Of a DNA stretch of 64,000 nt, positions 1-10,210 are shown piece after piece. Each line of letters opens with the position of its first letter. The stretch's first letter is position 1. Source of the stretch: an uncultured Chloroflexia bacterium (GTDB lineage Bacteria > Chloroflexota > Limnocylindria > Limnocylindrales > CSP1-4); NCBI GenBank assembly GCA_963752475.1, contig CAVVYR010000008.1, forward strand, positions 96,001 to 160,000. The letters are read 5' to 3'. The translations under genes were made by a program, and so were the position numbers. The notes beneath the pieces were generated by a model. It did not search any database. It saw only the letters and a list, made by a program, of their open reading frames with translations, and had not been told where the DNA came from.

Positions 1-986
1 TGGCCAAGCGTGGCATCGATGCCGAGGCCATCGACATGGGGGCTGGGCGGCCGGGCCTCGACGCGTTCGACCCCACACCGCATCTGCGGCGGATGGCGCC
101 CCGCATGGCCGAGCTCGACGAGGATGCGCGCGAACGGATCCGTGGCGGCGAGGTCCGGCTGGTCCCAGGCATGGACGACTTCCTGGCACGCTTCGGACAC
201 GTCTCGGATTCGGGGAACGACTTCTCCCACGTGCCCTGGCAGGAGGACCCCTCCCCGCTCGTGGCACTGCTCGAAGGGTTCGCCCCAGAAGGCATTGCCA
301 CAGAGTCGGCCAGGCTGCCCGAAGATCTCTCCCGCCTGGAGCGCAGCCTGTCGGCACGCACCTCGCGCTACCGGCTGGAGCGCGAGCGTGTCTCTTACAC
401 CTACACCCGCAGCTACGGCCTCTTCCGCCCCGCCGTCCTCGAGATCGCTCGTCGGCTCGTCGAGCGGGACACGCTGGACGATGCCGAGCAGGTCTTCTGC
501 CTGACGCGCGCGGAGATGGAAGCCGGACTGCTGGGGGAGCGGACGGGCCTGCGAGACCTGGCCGAGGTGCGACGGGCGGACATGGAGCGGGTGGCCGATG
601 TCGACATGCCCGAGGTCATCTTCGGCGACGAGTTCGAGCCGGCGCCTCCGGTCGATCCAGATCACCAACTGCTGGGTACCCCCAGCTCGCGCGGCGTGGC
701 CCGCGCCACGGCCCGTGTCATCCGTGGCATCGACGAGGCCGATCGGGTAGCACCCGGCGACATCGTGGTCATCCCCTATTCCGATGTCGGCTGGACGCCA
801 TTGCTGGCCAGGGCTGGCGGCATCGTGGCCGAGTCGGGTGGACTGCTGTCTCACTCGTCCATCGTCGCCCGTGAGTTGGGCATCCCCTGTGTCGTCAGCG
901 TCCCGGGCGCGATGCGCGTGCCGGACGGCTCGGCAGTGCGAGTCGACGGCTTCACCGGCGAGGTCCAGTGGGAACCGGCCGCCTGA
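1..986 (+). CDS. PEP-utilising enzyme, C-terminal part with phospho-His swivel domain (rifampicin phosphotransferase/PPDK-like); 5' end probably outside window
   Basis: Motif GGLLSHSSIVARELGIPCVV and C-terminal VRVDGFTGEV, typical of the PEP-utilizer mobile domain. Confidence 0.85.
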   Translation, partial: AKRGIDAEAIDMGAGRPGLDAFDPTPHLRRMAPRMAELDEDARERIRGGEVRLVPGMDDFLARFGHVSDSGNDFSHVPWQEDPSPLVALLEGFAPEGIATESARLPEDLSRLERSLSARTSRYRLERERVSYTYTRSYGLFRPAVLEIARRLVERDTLDDAEQVFCLTRAEMEAGLLGERTGLRDLAEVRRADMERVADVDMPEVIFGDEFEPAPPVDPDHQLLGTPSSRGVARATARVIRGIDEADRVAPGDIVVIPYSDVGWTPLLARAGGIVAESGGLLSHSSIVARELGIPCVVSVPGAMRVPDGSAVRVDGFTGEVQWEPAA

Positions 987-1023
987 GCCGTCGCCGCCCA
1001 GGACTACGCCAAGGTCCAGGTCT

Positions 1024-1821
1024 TCAGCGGCCGTCGGCCTCCAGCGCCTCGAGCATGTCGTCCTCGTCCATGTAGTCGTAGTGGACCAGGCCTCGCTTCC
1101 GCAGCCACTTGTGGACGTACCCGATGTGGTTGGACTCGAAGGCCTCGTGGAACTCCCGTGTCTCGAACTCGCCGGCGTGCTTGTGGCGAGCCATGGACAC
1201 CATCTCCGGCACCGAAGCTGCCCAGCGCACGAGGTTCACCGCCAGCGTCCAGGCTGCCAGGTCGCGCTTGCCCCGGGCCAGGAAGTAGAGCGTGAGCACG
1301 CCCGTCCAGGCGTGGGCGCCCAGCAACGGGTCACGCATCACGTAGATGCCCACGACCTGGCTGACGGCGACGCTCACCGGGACCGACGCAGGATCCAGGG
1401 CGAAGGCCGTGCCGGTCAGGATGGCCTCGGCACGACCGCCGCGGAAGCGGTGCTGCACCGGCAGCATCTGGCCCACGGCCACGGCGGTGGCCCAGACGAT
1501 GTCCTCGTGGGTGTCGGGATACGCCCGGCGCAGGACGAGCACGGGCACGACGGCCTTGCCCATGTCGAGCAGCGCCGCCGCCGCGCCGAGGGCAGGGCTG
1601 GTAGTGACCTCGACGGTCGTGGAGCCGGCGGCGTTGAAGCGGATGCGCTTGCCATCACCCCACTCCAGGTCGAAGTGGTCGGTCACCGGTTGCGTGCTGT
1701 AGCGCCGCTGGAGCAGCCGCGGCACCTGGACAGAGCCGACCGCGTAGGCCACGGCTGCCAAGGCACCGAGACGAACGTTCCTGGGTGTGATGAGCTTGGC
1801 GAAGGAAGCCATGGAGGTCAT
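1024..1821 (-). CDS. PlsY-like glycerol-3-phosphate acyltransferase family membrane protein with degenerate motifs
   Basis: LLDMGKA and GQMLPVQHRFRGGRAEA resemble PlsY DxxKG and GHxxPxxxxFxGGKGVA; hydrophobic segments; TATGGT -10 box 6 nt before the ATG at 1821. Confidence 0.7.
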   Translation of the reverse strand: MTSMASFAKLITPRNVRLGALAAVAYAVGSVQVPRLLQRRYSTQPVTDHFDLEWGDGKRIRFNAAGSTTVEVTTSPALGAAAALLDMGKAVVPVLVLRRAYPDTHEDIVWATAVAVGQMLPVQHRFRGGRAEAILTGTAFALDPASVPVSVAVSQVVGIYVMRDPLLGAHAWTGVLTLYFLARGKRDLAAWTLAVNLVRWAASVPEMVSMARHKHAGEFETREFHEAFESNHIGYVHKWLRKRGLVHYDYMDEDDMLEALEADGR

Positions 1822-1919
1822 GTCCAAACCATACAGGGCGACGGACGATCGACCGTTGGCCCGGGTCGGGCGCCCCAAGAGCGAGTACGCTGCATGGAGG
1901 AGTGAGGAGGGCCTGTCCG

Positions 1920-2810
1920 ATGAGCGATCGAATCCTGTTCGGAATCTGCATCCCGAACTTCCGTCCGGGTACGGGGCCCGATACGATGCTGGCGGCGACC
2001 CAGACGGCCGAACGGCTGGGCTGGCACTCCGCCCTGGCCACCGACCACATCCTCGTCGATGGCGCCGAGCGCGGGAAGGACTACCGGCACATCTACGAGG
2101 CCCTCACGACCGTGGCCTGGCTGGCAGGCCAGACGACCACCATCCGTCTGGGCATGAGCGTCCTCGTCGCACCGATGCGCAACGCGCTGGTGATGGCCAA
2201 GGAGCTGGCCACGATCGACGCTCTCAGCGACGGTCGGCTCATCGCCGGGATCGGCATCGGCTGGAACCGGGTCGAGTTCGAGAGCGTCGGGGAGGGCGAG
2301 CGCTTCCGCCATCGAGGCGCGTGGCTGGAGGAGACGGTCGCGATGTGGCGCCACCTCTGGTCGGGCCAGACCGGACCGTACCGTGGCCGCTTTGATGGCT
2401 GGGACGAGGGCTATTTCGGTCCCCTTCCGCCCCAAGGCGAGGAGCTGCCCATCTGGATCGGCGCCACCGCCGAGCCGGCGCTCCGCCGCACCGGTCGCAT
2501 CGCCGACGGCTACCACTCCACCCGCACCGACCCTGAGACCATGATCGAGCACCTGCGGACCGTGCGAGAAGCTGCCGATGGCGTCGGTCGCCCGATGCCC
2601 GTGGCCTCGACACGACTGTCGGTCGACTTCAGCGGGACCCGTGAGGGGACCTCGATCATGACCGGCTCGCCGGAGCAGATGGCCGCCCGCCTCCGCGCCT
2701 ACCGCGAGGCCGGCACCGACCACGTCGCGCTCGACTTCGGCGAGGTCGACCCGGACATGGCGGCCAAGGCCATCGAGCGCTTCGACCGCGAGGTCGTACC
2801 ACAGGTCTGA
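1920..2810 (+). CDS. LLM-class (luciferase-like, probably F420-dependent) oxidoreductase
   Basis: ATDHIL, TTTIRLGMSVLV, AKELATIDALSDGRLIAGIGIGW and PIWIG motifs; GAGGAGG RBS. Confidence 0.88.
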   Translation: MSDRILFGICIPNFRPGTGPDTMLAATQTAERLGWHSALATDHILVDGAERGKDYRHIYEALTTVAWLAGQTTTIRLGMSVLVAPMRNALVMAKELATIDALSDGRLIAGIGIGWNRVEFESVGEGERFRHRGAWLEETVAMWRHLWSGQTGPYRGRFDGWDEGYFGPLPPQGEELPIWIGATAEPALRRTGRIADGYHSTRTDPETMIEHLRTVREAADGVGRPMPVASTRLSVDFSGTREGTSIMTGSPEQMAARLRAYREAGTDHVALDFGEVDPDMAAKAIERFDREVVPQV

Positions 2811-2873
2811 GGCCCAAGCCGCGCCCGTGGCGGCGAGCTCCGCGCCAGCGGTCGCCGCCACGTCGCTCGTGCC

Positions 2874-2950
2874 CTCGCCGTGCTGGTCAGGCGCTCGCCA
2901 TGCTGGTCGCCGAGCCCTGCCGGTCGGGCGCTCACCATGCTGGTCAGGCG
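2874..2950. repeat. Three imperfect 20-bp direct repeats, consensus CTCRCCRTGCTGGTCAGGCG
   Basis: Copies at 2874-2893, 2894-2913 and 2931-2950 in an intergenic region. Confidence 0.6.
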
Positions 2951-3327
2951 CTCGTCGCATGGTTGGTGGTTCCCAGTTGTCCGCGTGCCCTTGTGGTCAC
3001 ACGTCGCCCGAGCCGACCCTATCGGTCAGTTCCGGCCATGCCAATGGACACCTGTCGGCCGAGTCGACGCTAGACCCACGTGGCTGGTCGCATCGCCCTT
3101 CTCGGCGGCCCTCGAGCCGTTCGGGTATGCCCAGGCATGACCAGGATCGGCGGCCGATCGTCGCGCGCTGGCTGCGGTCGTGACTACGAGCTGGTCTTGG
3201 GTCGGTGGGGACGACGGGTGTCCATGAGATCGCGCCGCGGGGCTGACCATCACCAGCCCTGGCATGTGCTGGCACCGGTTGGAAAGCCGAGCTCGGGGCC
3301 GCTCCCGAACCGCCCCGGAACGGCGAG

Positions 3328-4272
3328 CTAAGGCGTCGGCGAGGGCGACGCCGACGAGCGCCTGCGCCGGAGGCTTGGAGCGAGCTGGACCAGGAACACG
3401 CCGGCTACCGCCGCCAGCAGTCCCACGACCTGCACCGGGCCCAGCGATTCATCGAGCACGAGCCAGCCGATGATCGCGATGAGGATGACGGTAAGGTCGC
3501 CGAGCGCGCTGGCCTCGACCGCTCGCAGTGTCCGTTGGGTGTGAGTCCAGATCGTATAGGTCAGCGCCGTGTTGATCACGGCCAGCCAGCCGATGAAGAG
3601 CCAGGCTCGAAGTGCGAAGTCCGGCACACCTTCAGCGATGAGTGCGACGACCAGGAGGATGACACCGCCGAAGGCCATCGACAGCGCGGTCAGGCCCAAC
3701 GGACCCCCGAACAGACGCCTGGCGTCGATGGCCAGATAGCGCCCGAGGCTGAAGCCGACCCCAGCGACGATAGGGATGCTCATGCCCGCCAGCAGCGCGA
3801 TCGTCAGGCCTACCTCCGGCAACTCGAGACCGAAGTAGGCGACCACGCCGACGATCAGGATGCCGATGCCCAGCAGCTGGACGGGACTCGCTCGTTCATG
3901 TTCGCTGCCCATCGTCAGCATCGCGGTGACGATGGGGGCCAGGCCCATGAGCAGCCCCACGGTCGCAGCCGAGAGTTCACCGAGCGCGAGGACGAATCCG
4001 ATCTGCGCCAGGCAGAACACCAGGAGTCCGTAAAGGCCGACCCCGGTCAACGACCGTCGGCCGGCGGTCCAGACCCTTGCAGCGCGCAGACGTGGCGTGG
4101 CCACGACCAACAGGATCATCCCGGCCAGGCTGAAGCGAACGCCGGCGAAACCCAGCGGCGGCAGATCCTCGTCGGTCAGGCCGATGCGAATGAGCACCAC
4201 CGATGTGGCCCACAGGAAGGTGACGACGATGCCGAGAGCGATCGCGACACGGTGACTCGGTGCCGAGCCCAT
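3328..4272 (-). CDS. DMT/EamA family transporter
   Basis: About 10 TM helices in two EamA repeats; LWATS, LPPLGFAGVRF and GWLVLDESLG motifs. Confidence 0.88.
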   Translation of the reverse strand: MGSAPSHRVAIALGIVVTFLWATSVVLIRIGLTDEDLPPLGFAGVRFSLAGMILLVVATPRLRAARVWTAGRRSLTGVGLYGLLVFCLAQIGFVLALGELSAATVGLLMGLAPIVTAMLTMGSEHERASPVQLLGIGILIVGVVAYFGLELPEVGLTIALLAGMSIPIVAGVGFSLGRYLAIDARRLFGGPLGLTALSMAFGGVILLVVALIAEGVPDFALRAWLFIGWLAVINTALTYTIWTHTQRTLRAVEASALGDLTVILIAIIGWLVLDESLGPVQVVGLLAAVAGVFLVQLAPSLRRRRSSASPSPTP

Positions 4273-4424
4273 CACGACCCGATGCCCGCCCACTCCGACT
4301 GTCGTCCCTCCACGCCTCCACAGTAGCCGCGAGCCCCGAAGCGCGCGGCCCAACGCCACGACCCTGCGCCACTAGACTCGCTCCACCACTCAGCAGCGCG
4401 TGCCTCAGGGAGGGCTAGATCCAG

Positions 4425-6875
4425 ATGAAGTTCGGACGGTTCGATGACGAGCGGCGGGAGTACGTCATCACGCGACCGGACACGCCCCTGCCGTGGATCA
4501 ACTACCTCGGCTCGGAGGACTACCTCGGGCTCATCAGCAACACCGCCGGCGGCTACTCGTTCTACCAGGACGCCCGCCTGCGCCGCCTGACGCGCTACCG
4601 CTACAACAACGCCCCGCTCGATATCGGCGGCCGCTACGTCTACGTCCGTGACGACGACTCCGGTGACTACTGGAGCCCGTCATGGCAGCCCGTCGGGAAG
4701 GACGTCGAGGACTTCGAGTGTCGCCACGGCATGGGCTACACCGCCATCGGCTCGCGCACCGACGGCATCCGCACCGAGACGACGTACTTCGTGCCCGTCG
4801 GCCAGAACCTGGAGGTCTGGCGCACGCGCGTCACGAACGAGCGCGCGATCGCCGCCAACGTGTCGCTCTTCAGCGCGATCGAGTGGTGCCTGTGGGAGGC
4901 CAACGACGATGCCACCAACTTCCAGCGCAACTACTCGATCGGCGAGGTCGAGGTAGAGGACGGCGTCATCTTCCACAAGTCGGAGTACCGCGAGCGGCGC
5001 GACCACTTCGCCTGGTTCGCCTGCAGCGAGGAGTTGGCCGGTTTCGACACCCAGCGCAGCGACTTCCTTGGCGCCTATCGAGGCTGGGATCGTCCGCTTG
5101 CCGTGGAGGAAGGCCAGGCGCACGACTCGATCGCCCACGGCTGGCAGCCCATCGGCTCACACCACGTCCGCCTGCAGCTCGCGCCCGGTGAGACCCGCGA
5201 GGTCATCTTCGCCCTGGGCTATGCCGAGAACGAGAAGGACGCGAAGTTCGATCCGCCCGGTTCGCAGCGCATCGACAAGGCCGGTGTGCTGCCGACCATC
5301 GCGCGCTATACCGACGCCGATGCGGTGGAGCAGGCCTTCGCCGACCTGAACAGGTACTGGGATGCCCTGCTGGGCCTCATCCACGTCGAGACGCCCAACG
5401 AGCACCTCGACCGCATGGTCAACATCTGGAACGCCTACCAGTGCATGGTCACCTTCAACCTGTCTCGCTCGGCTTCGATGTTCGAATCGGGCATCGGCCG
5501 GGGCATGGGCTTCCGTGACTCCAACCAGGACCTGCTCGGCATCGTGCACCAGGTCCCGGAGCGCGCGCGGCAGCGGATCCTCGATATCAGCGCGACCCAG
5601 TTGCCCTCGGGCGGCGCCTACCACCAATACCAGCCGCTGACCAAGCGCGGCAACGATGCGGTCGGCGGCGGGTTCAACGACGACCCCTGCTGGCTCGTGC
5701 TGGGCGTAGCGGCGTACCTGCGCGAGACCGGTGACACCGCCATCCTTGACGAGCCGGTGCCCTTCGACAATGCGCCCGGCACCGAAGCTCCGCTGTACCA
5801 ACACCTCGTGCGCGCGACCGAGTACACGCTCGAGCGCCTGGGCCCGCATGGGCTACCGCTCATCGGCCGGGCCGACTGGAACGACTGCCTCAACCTCAAC
5901 TGCTTCAGCGAGACCCCTGGCGAACCCTTCCAGACGACCGAGAACAAGGAAGGCGGCGTGGCTGAGTCGGTCTTCATCGCCGCGCTCTTCACGCTCGCGG
6001 TGCAGGAGATGCGCCTCATCGCCGAGAACCGACGTGACGCGGTCTTCACCCGCCGCTGCGACCAGGCCGAGCGGGACATGGTGGCCGCGGTCGACGCCCA
6101 CGGCTGGGATGGCGCCTGGTTCCGCCGCGCCTACGACTACTTCGGGAGTGTCCTCGGCTCGGCGGAGAACGAGGAGGGCCAGATCTTCGTCGAGCCGCAA
6201 GGCATCGCGGTCATGGCCGGCATCGGCACCGACGATGGGCGTGCCCGGAAGACGCTGGCCTCTGTGCGCGAACGCCTGGCCACGCCCCACGGCATCGTCC
6301 TCCTCGACCCGCCGTTCAGCCGCTACTACCCCGAGTACGGTGAGATCAGCTCGTACCCGCCGGGCTACAAGGAGAACGGCGGCGTCTTCTGCCACACCAA
6401 CCCCTGGCTGATGCTGGCCGAGGCTGCGGTGGGCAACGGCGAGGGTGCGCTCGACTACTACCTGCGCATCAACCCCTCCGCGCGCGAGAAGATCTCGGAG
6501 ATCCACGGCACCGAGCCCTACGTCTATTGCCAGATGATCGCCGGCAAGCACGCCGCCAAGCCCGGCGAAGCCAAGAACTCATGGCTGTCGGGGACCGCGG
6601 CGTGGAACCTCGTGGCCGCCACGCAGGGCATCCTGGGCGTCCGGCCCGAGCACACCGGCTTGCGTGTGAACCCGGTGCTGCCGGCAGACTGGGACGGCTT
6701 CAGGATGACCCGCCACTTCCGCGGCACCGAGTACCGCATCTCGGTCGAGAAGGCGGTGGGCGTCACCGGTCGCGTGACCTCGCTCGAGGTCGAGGGCGAG
6801 ACGGTCCCAGGCAACATCATCCCGTTGGCCGCCGAGCCCGGCGGAGTCGTCGAGGTCCGCGCCACGGTCGAATAG
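4425..6875 (+). CDS. cbp: GH94 cellobiose phosphorylase
   Basis: 816 aa; MKFGRFDD..EYVIT..PWINYLG, GMGFRDSNQD, ADWNDCLNLNCFS and GYKENGG motifs. Confidence 0.9.
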   Translation: MKFGRFDDERREYVITRPDTPLPWINYLGSEDYLGLISNTAGGYSFYQDARLRRLTRYRYNNAPLDIGGRYVYVRDDDSGDYWSPSWQPVGKDVEDFECRHGMGYTAIGSRTDGIRTETTYFVPVGQNLEVWRTRVTNERAIAANVSLFSAIEWCLWEANDDATNFQRNYSIGEVEVEDGVIFHKSEYRERRDHFAWFACSEELAGFDTQRSDFLGAYRGWDRPLAVEEGQAHDSIAHGWQPIGSHHVRLQLAPGETREVIFALGYAENEKDAKFDPPGSQRIDKAGVLPTIARYTDADAVEQAFADLNRYWDALLGLIHVETPNEHLDRMVNIWNAYQCMVTFNLSRSASMFESGIGRGMGFRDSNQDLLGIVHQVPERARQRILDISATQLPSGGAYHQYQPLTKRGNDAVGGGFNDDPCWLVLGVAAYLRETGDTAILDEPVPFDNAPGTEAPLYQHLVRATEYTLERLGPHGLPLIGRADWNDCLNLNCFSETPGEPFQTTENKEGGVAESVFIAALFTLAVQEMRLIAENRRDAVFTRRCDQAERDMVAAVDAHGWDGAWFRRAYDYFGSVLGSAENEEGQIFVEPQGIAVMAGIGTDDGRARKTLASVRERLATPHGIVLLDPPFSRYYPEYGEISSYPPGYKENGGVFCHTNPWLMLAEAAVGNGEGALDYYLRINPSAREKISEIHGTEPYVYCQMIAGKHAAKPGEAKNSWLSGTAAWNLVAATQGILGVRPEHTGLRVNPVLPADWDGFRMTRHFRGTEYRISVEKAVGVTGRVTSLEVEGETVPGNIIPLAAEPGGVVEVRATVE

Positions 6876-6940
6876 CCTCCTTGACTCCCTCTGGGGCATC
6901 GCTTGCAGGGATCGTCGGCCACGCCACCGGTCGCGAGAGC

Positions 6941-6962
6941 GCTTCGCCGGCGCCGGCGAAGC
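6941..6962. terminator. Perfect 22-bp palindrome downstream of cbp (possible terminator or REP-like element)
   Basis: GCTTCGCCGGCGCCGGCGAAGC is its own reverse complement. Confidence 0.4.
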
Positions 6963-7065
6963 AGAGGATGACGATGCTGAGGGTTTGCACCAGACCCCCG
7001 GGTGCGTTGGCCCCACGATGCCAAGCCTGACCCCTTACCATCGGAGAGAGCAGGGAGGTCGACAC

Positions 7066-7647
7066 GTGGCGCAGAACCAGGACTGGGGCCAGCCGCCGCA
7101 GAACCAGGGCGGTTGGGGCCAGCAACAACAACAGCCACCGCAGGGCCCACCACCAGGGCAGCAGCCGCCGCAGTGGGGCACGCCGCCACCGCCGAGCGGA
7201 CCGGGCTTGGGCACCAAGCACTGCCCCTCATGTGGCTCGGTCATCGACGCCGCTGCTGCGGACTGTCCGCGCTGCGGCGTTCGCCAGTCGGATGCGGTGT
7301 ATCGGGAACCCAAGAGCCGCCCGCTCGCCATCGTGCTGGCGCTGCTGCTCGGCGGCTTTGGCATCCATCGCTTCTACGTGGGGCCGATCAGCTGGGGCGT
7401 CGCGTACCTCATCTTCTTCTGGACCGGCATCCCCGGGTTCCTGGGCTGGCTCGAGGCCATCTACTGGCTCACACGGAGCGATGTCGAATGGGCCCAGAAG
7501 TACGGCGGCCCGGTGCGCCAGTCGAACGGCTTGGCCATCGGCTGCCTATGGATCCTGGCGCTGCTGCCGCTACTCGCGATCGTGCTCGTGCTGGCCCTCG
7601 TGGTGGGCGGAGTCACGACCATCACGCTATTCGAGCTGTCGAACTGA
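7066..7647 (+). CDS. TM2/NINE domain membrane protein with Q/P-rich N-terminus and zinc ribbon
   Basis: CPSCG..CPRCG ribbon; KSRPLAIVLALLLGGFGIHRFYVG TM2 signature; GGGAGG RBS before GTG. Confidence 0.85.
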   Translation: MAQNQDWGQPPQNQGGWGQQQQQPPQGPPPGQQPPQWGTPPPPSGPGLGTKHCPSCGSVIDAAAADCPRCGVRQSDAVYREPKSRPLAIVLALLLGGFGIHRFYVGPISWGVAYLIFFWTGIPGFLGWLEAIYWLTRSDVEWAQKYGGPVRQSNGLAIGCLWILALLPLLAIVLVLALVVGGVTTITLFELSN

Positions 7648-7685
7648 GGCGATAGCCGCTGGACGCGGCCGATCCACCGGGCGGC

Positions 7686-8940
7686 TTACGCTCGGTCGCG
7701 CCACCCCTGGAGGTGCTCGCGCCCCTCGGACACAGCAGCAAGGACGCGCTCGGCCTCGCCTGAGGGCACGCTGTCCGGCCAGCACGATCGGAGCAAATCG
7801 GCGTCGTAGCCGTGGTCGGACCCACCCGCACGCAAGACGTCCAGGCCCGCGGCCACGCCCATGGCGTAGCGTGGTGTCGGCACGTCCACGGTCAGGCCCA
7901 GCCGGATGAGCCCGATGAGCCGGTCCTCCCAGCCCAGCTTGCGCCGCGGATCGCGAGCCGCCCGCTCGATGGTGTCGGCCAGGTACGGGTTCACCATGCG
8001 CTCCAGCAGGTCGTCGGCGAAGGCCTCGTAGCCGGATCCGGTGAAGAGCTCGTCAGCACCGGCCCAGCGTCGGCGAAGGGTCGCGCCGGACTCCTCGATG
8101 AAGGCCTCTCGCAGGAGCGCCATCGCACCGTCGACCTCGCGCAGGTCGGCCACCAGCGTCAGACCAAGGACGGAACCCAGGAACCCGGCCAACGCATGCG
8201 TCGCGTTGTGGCCCAGCAGCTTCGCGTCCTCGAACGGCGCGAGGTCATCCACCTCTCGCAGCACCGGCATGCCCGGGTGGAGCCGCAGATCCTGCACGGG
8301 AGACGAGGATGCGGTCGAACTCCTCGACCAGGAAGGCCGAGCCCAGCGCGGAGGTGACGCTGGCAAGGCCGTGCTGCCGCAGCTCGTCGGGGTCGGTGAT
8401 GATGCCGCTCATCTTGCCGATGACGGTGTCCACGTAGCGGGCACGCCCGGACACGAACTCCCGCTCCTCGGCCGGCACCGCCTCCAGCACGGCAGCTTCC
8501 AGCAGCTCGGCCGCGGAGCGGTGGTTCTCGGCGCAGAAGACGATCAGCGGTGTCATCCGTGTCCGGTGCCGCAGGCCCTCGGCCAGGAGACGATGCGGGC
8601 TGTTCGGACCATCGGTCTGGTAGAACGCGACGCTCGGAAGCGCTGACGTGAGCTCATCGGCCCCGGCGATGGCCTCGACCACCAGCTCGGCTTCGGCCGG
8701 GACCGTGGAATCGGACACGTTGATTGGGCCCACCTCGGCCACATCGACCCGGTCGAAGCGGGCGATGTTGACCCGGAAGTGGCCGTCATCTGCGCGTAGC
8801 CCGGCGACGAGGTCGGCACGCACGTCCACCACCAGCGGCGGGGCGTAGTCGCCCGTCCGATGCGCTTCGTAGACGAAGAGGCCCGACTGGATAGCGCCGA
8901 AGCCCAGCCCCACGAGGCGCCGAGTGCCGGTGAAGGCCAC
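7686..8940 (-). CDS. Mannitol-1-phosphate 5-dehydrogenase-like polyol-phosphate dehydrogenase, broken by a +1 frameshift near 8290
   Basis: GFGAIQSG in ORF 8245..9084; KLLGHNATHA and RDPRRKLGWEDRL in ORF 7686..8366. Confidence 0.75.
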
Positions 8941-8941
8941 C

Positions 8942-10210
8942 TCAGACGTCCGCGAGGTACTGCTGTTCGTCCTCGGCCGACCAGCGCGCGACGTCACGGA
9001 TGGCGTCGCTGCGCCGTTGCGGGTAGACGATGGCCTTGCCCTGGACGCGCCCGGCACGGGCCATCCCCAACAGCTCCGGTGCATGGTCCAGGTCGCCGAC
9101 GTGGCCGATATGCGCAGCGGGATCGATCTGGCCGGCGACCATCAACCGCAGTGTCTCGATGACGTCCCAGGGTCCACCACCCGACGAGCCGGTGATGTTG
9201 ATCTCCTGGTAGTGCACGAAGCGCTCGTCGATGCCGATGATCTCCTCGCCCGGCTTGAGGCCCGCGAAGAGATCGAGCACCCCGTAGCGCGCGAGCAGGT
9301 GCTGGACCCGCTCCATCAACGCCCCATCCGCCGCGGTGACGATGAGATCATCCGCGCCTGCACCGTCGCTGACCCGGCCGACGACCGCCGCCAGATCCTG
9401 CGTGGTCGTGTTGACCGTGACGAGCTCCACGCCGGCCGCGGCCGCCCGTTGCCCGAAGGTCTCGTGGATCCAGGCCAAACGCTCGTCGCGACGTGCGGTG
9501 GCGATGATGACGCGTGGCCGCGCGGCGATGGCCAGGTCGACATGGATGCGCCCCATCGGGCCCACGCCGATGACGACGGTGACGCCGTCGGGCTTCAGCC
9601 CGGTGGTCGCGGTCCGCGCCTGCGTGCGATCGGGCTGCGACAGATGCATGTGGTGCGCGTGCGAGCTGATGATGCAGCTGATGGGCTCGGCGATGGCCGC
9701 ATGGCCGGCTGGCAGCGTGTCATCCGGCAATGGGATCAGGCAGCCGGCCTCCAACACCTCCTCGGTGATGAGGATGTATTCGGCCAGCAGGCCGGGCAGG
9801 GAGTAGCCGACCGCGATCTTGGCCACGCCGCGACCATCGTCGTCGTACCGCTCGAGGTGATTGATGGGCGCATGGTCCACGGCCGGCTGGACGGAGCACC
9901 GCTGTCCCTCGCTCCACTCACCCGTCAGCTCGCGCCCGACCTCGACGATCGTGACCACACCCTCGTCACCGACGATGGCCGGGTGCTCGGCCGGGTCCCA
10001 GCCGTGCATCAGCGGGTGCTGGGACCCCTGGTCGACCAGCTTGTTGACCGAGGTACAGATGCCCGCAGCATCGACGCGCGCCAGCAGCTGGCGCGGTCCG
10101 GGCTGTGGCACCGAGATGGTTTGCACGGCTAACGACTCGGTCCCGACGCCCGAGAGGACGGTCGCACGCATCTCCGTCGGCAATGCCCCGACCTCCCCCG
10201 GCCGGATCAT
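8942..10210 (-). CDS. MDR-family dehydrogenase, L-sorbose-1-phosphate reductase (SorE)-like
   Basis: ICTSVNK, GDEG, AEPISC, GVGPMG and HYQEINITGSSGG motifs; no structural-Zn Cys cluster; start overlaps the pfkB-family stop. Confidence 0.75.
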   Translation of the reverse strand: MIRPGEVGALPTEMRATVLSGVGTESLAVQTISVPQPGPRQLLARVDAAGICTSVNKLVDQGSQHPLMHGWDPAEHPAIVGDEGVVTIVEVGRELTGEWSEGQRCSVQPAVDHAPINHLERYDDDGRGVAKIAVGYSLPGLLAEYILITEEVLEAGCLIPLPDDTLPAGHAAIAEPISCIISSHAHHMHLSQPDRTQARTATTGLKPDGVTVVIGVGPMGRIHVDLAIAARPRVIIATARRDERLAWIHETFGQRAAAAGVELVTVNTTTQDLAAVVGRVSDGAGADDLIVTAADGALMERVQHLLARYGVLDLFAGLKPGEEIIGIDERFVHYQEINITGSSGGGPWDVIETLRLMVAGQIDPAAHIGHVGDLDHAPELLGMARAGRVQGKAIVYPQRRSDAIRDVARWSAEDEQQYLADV

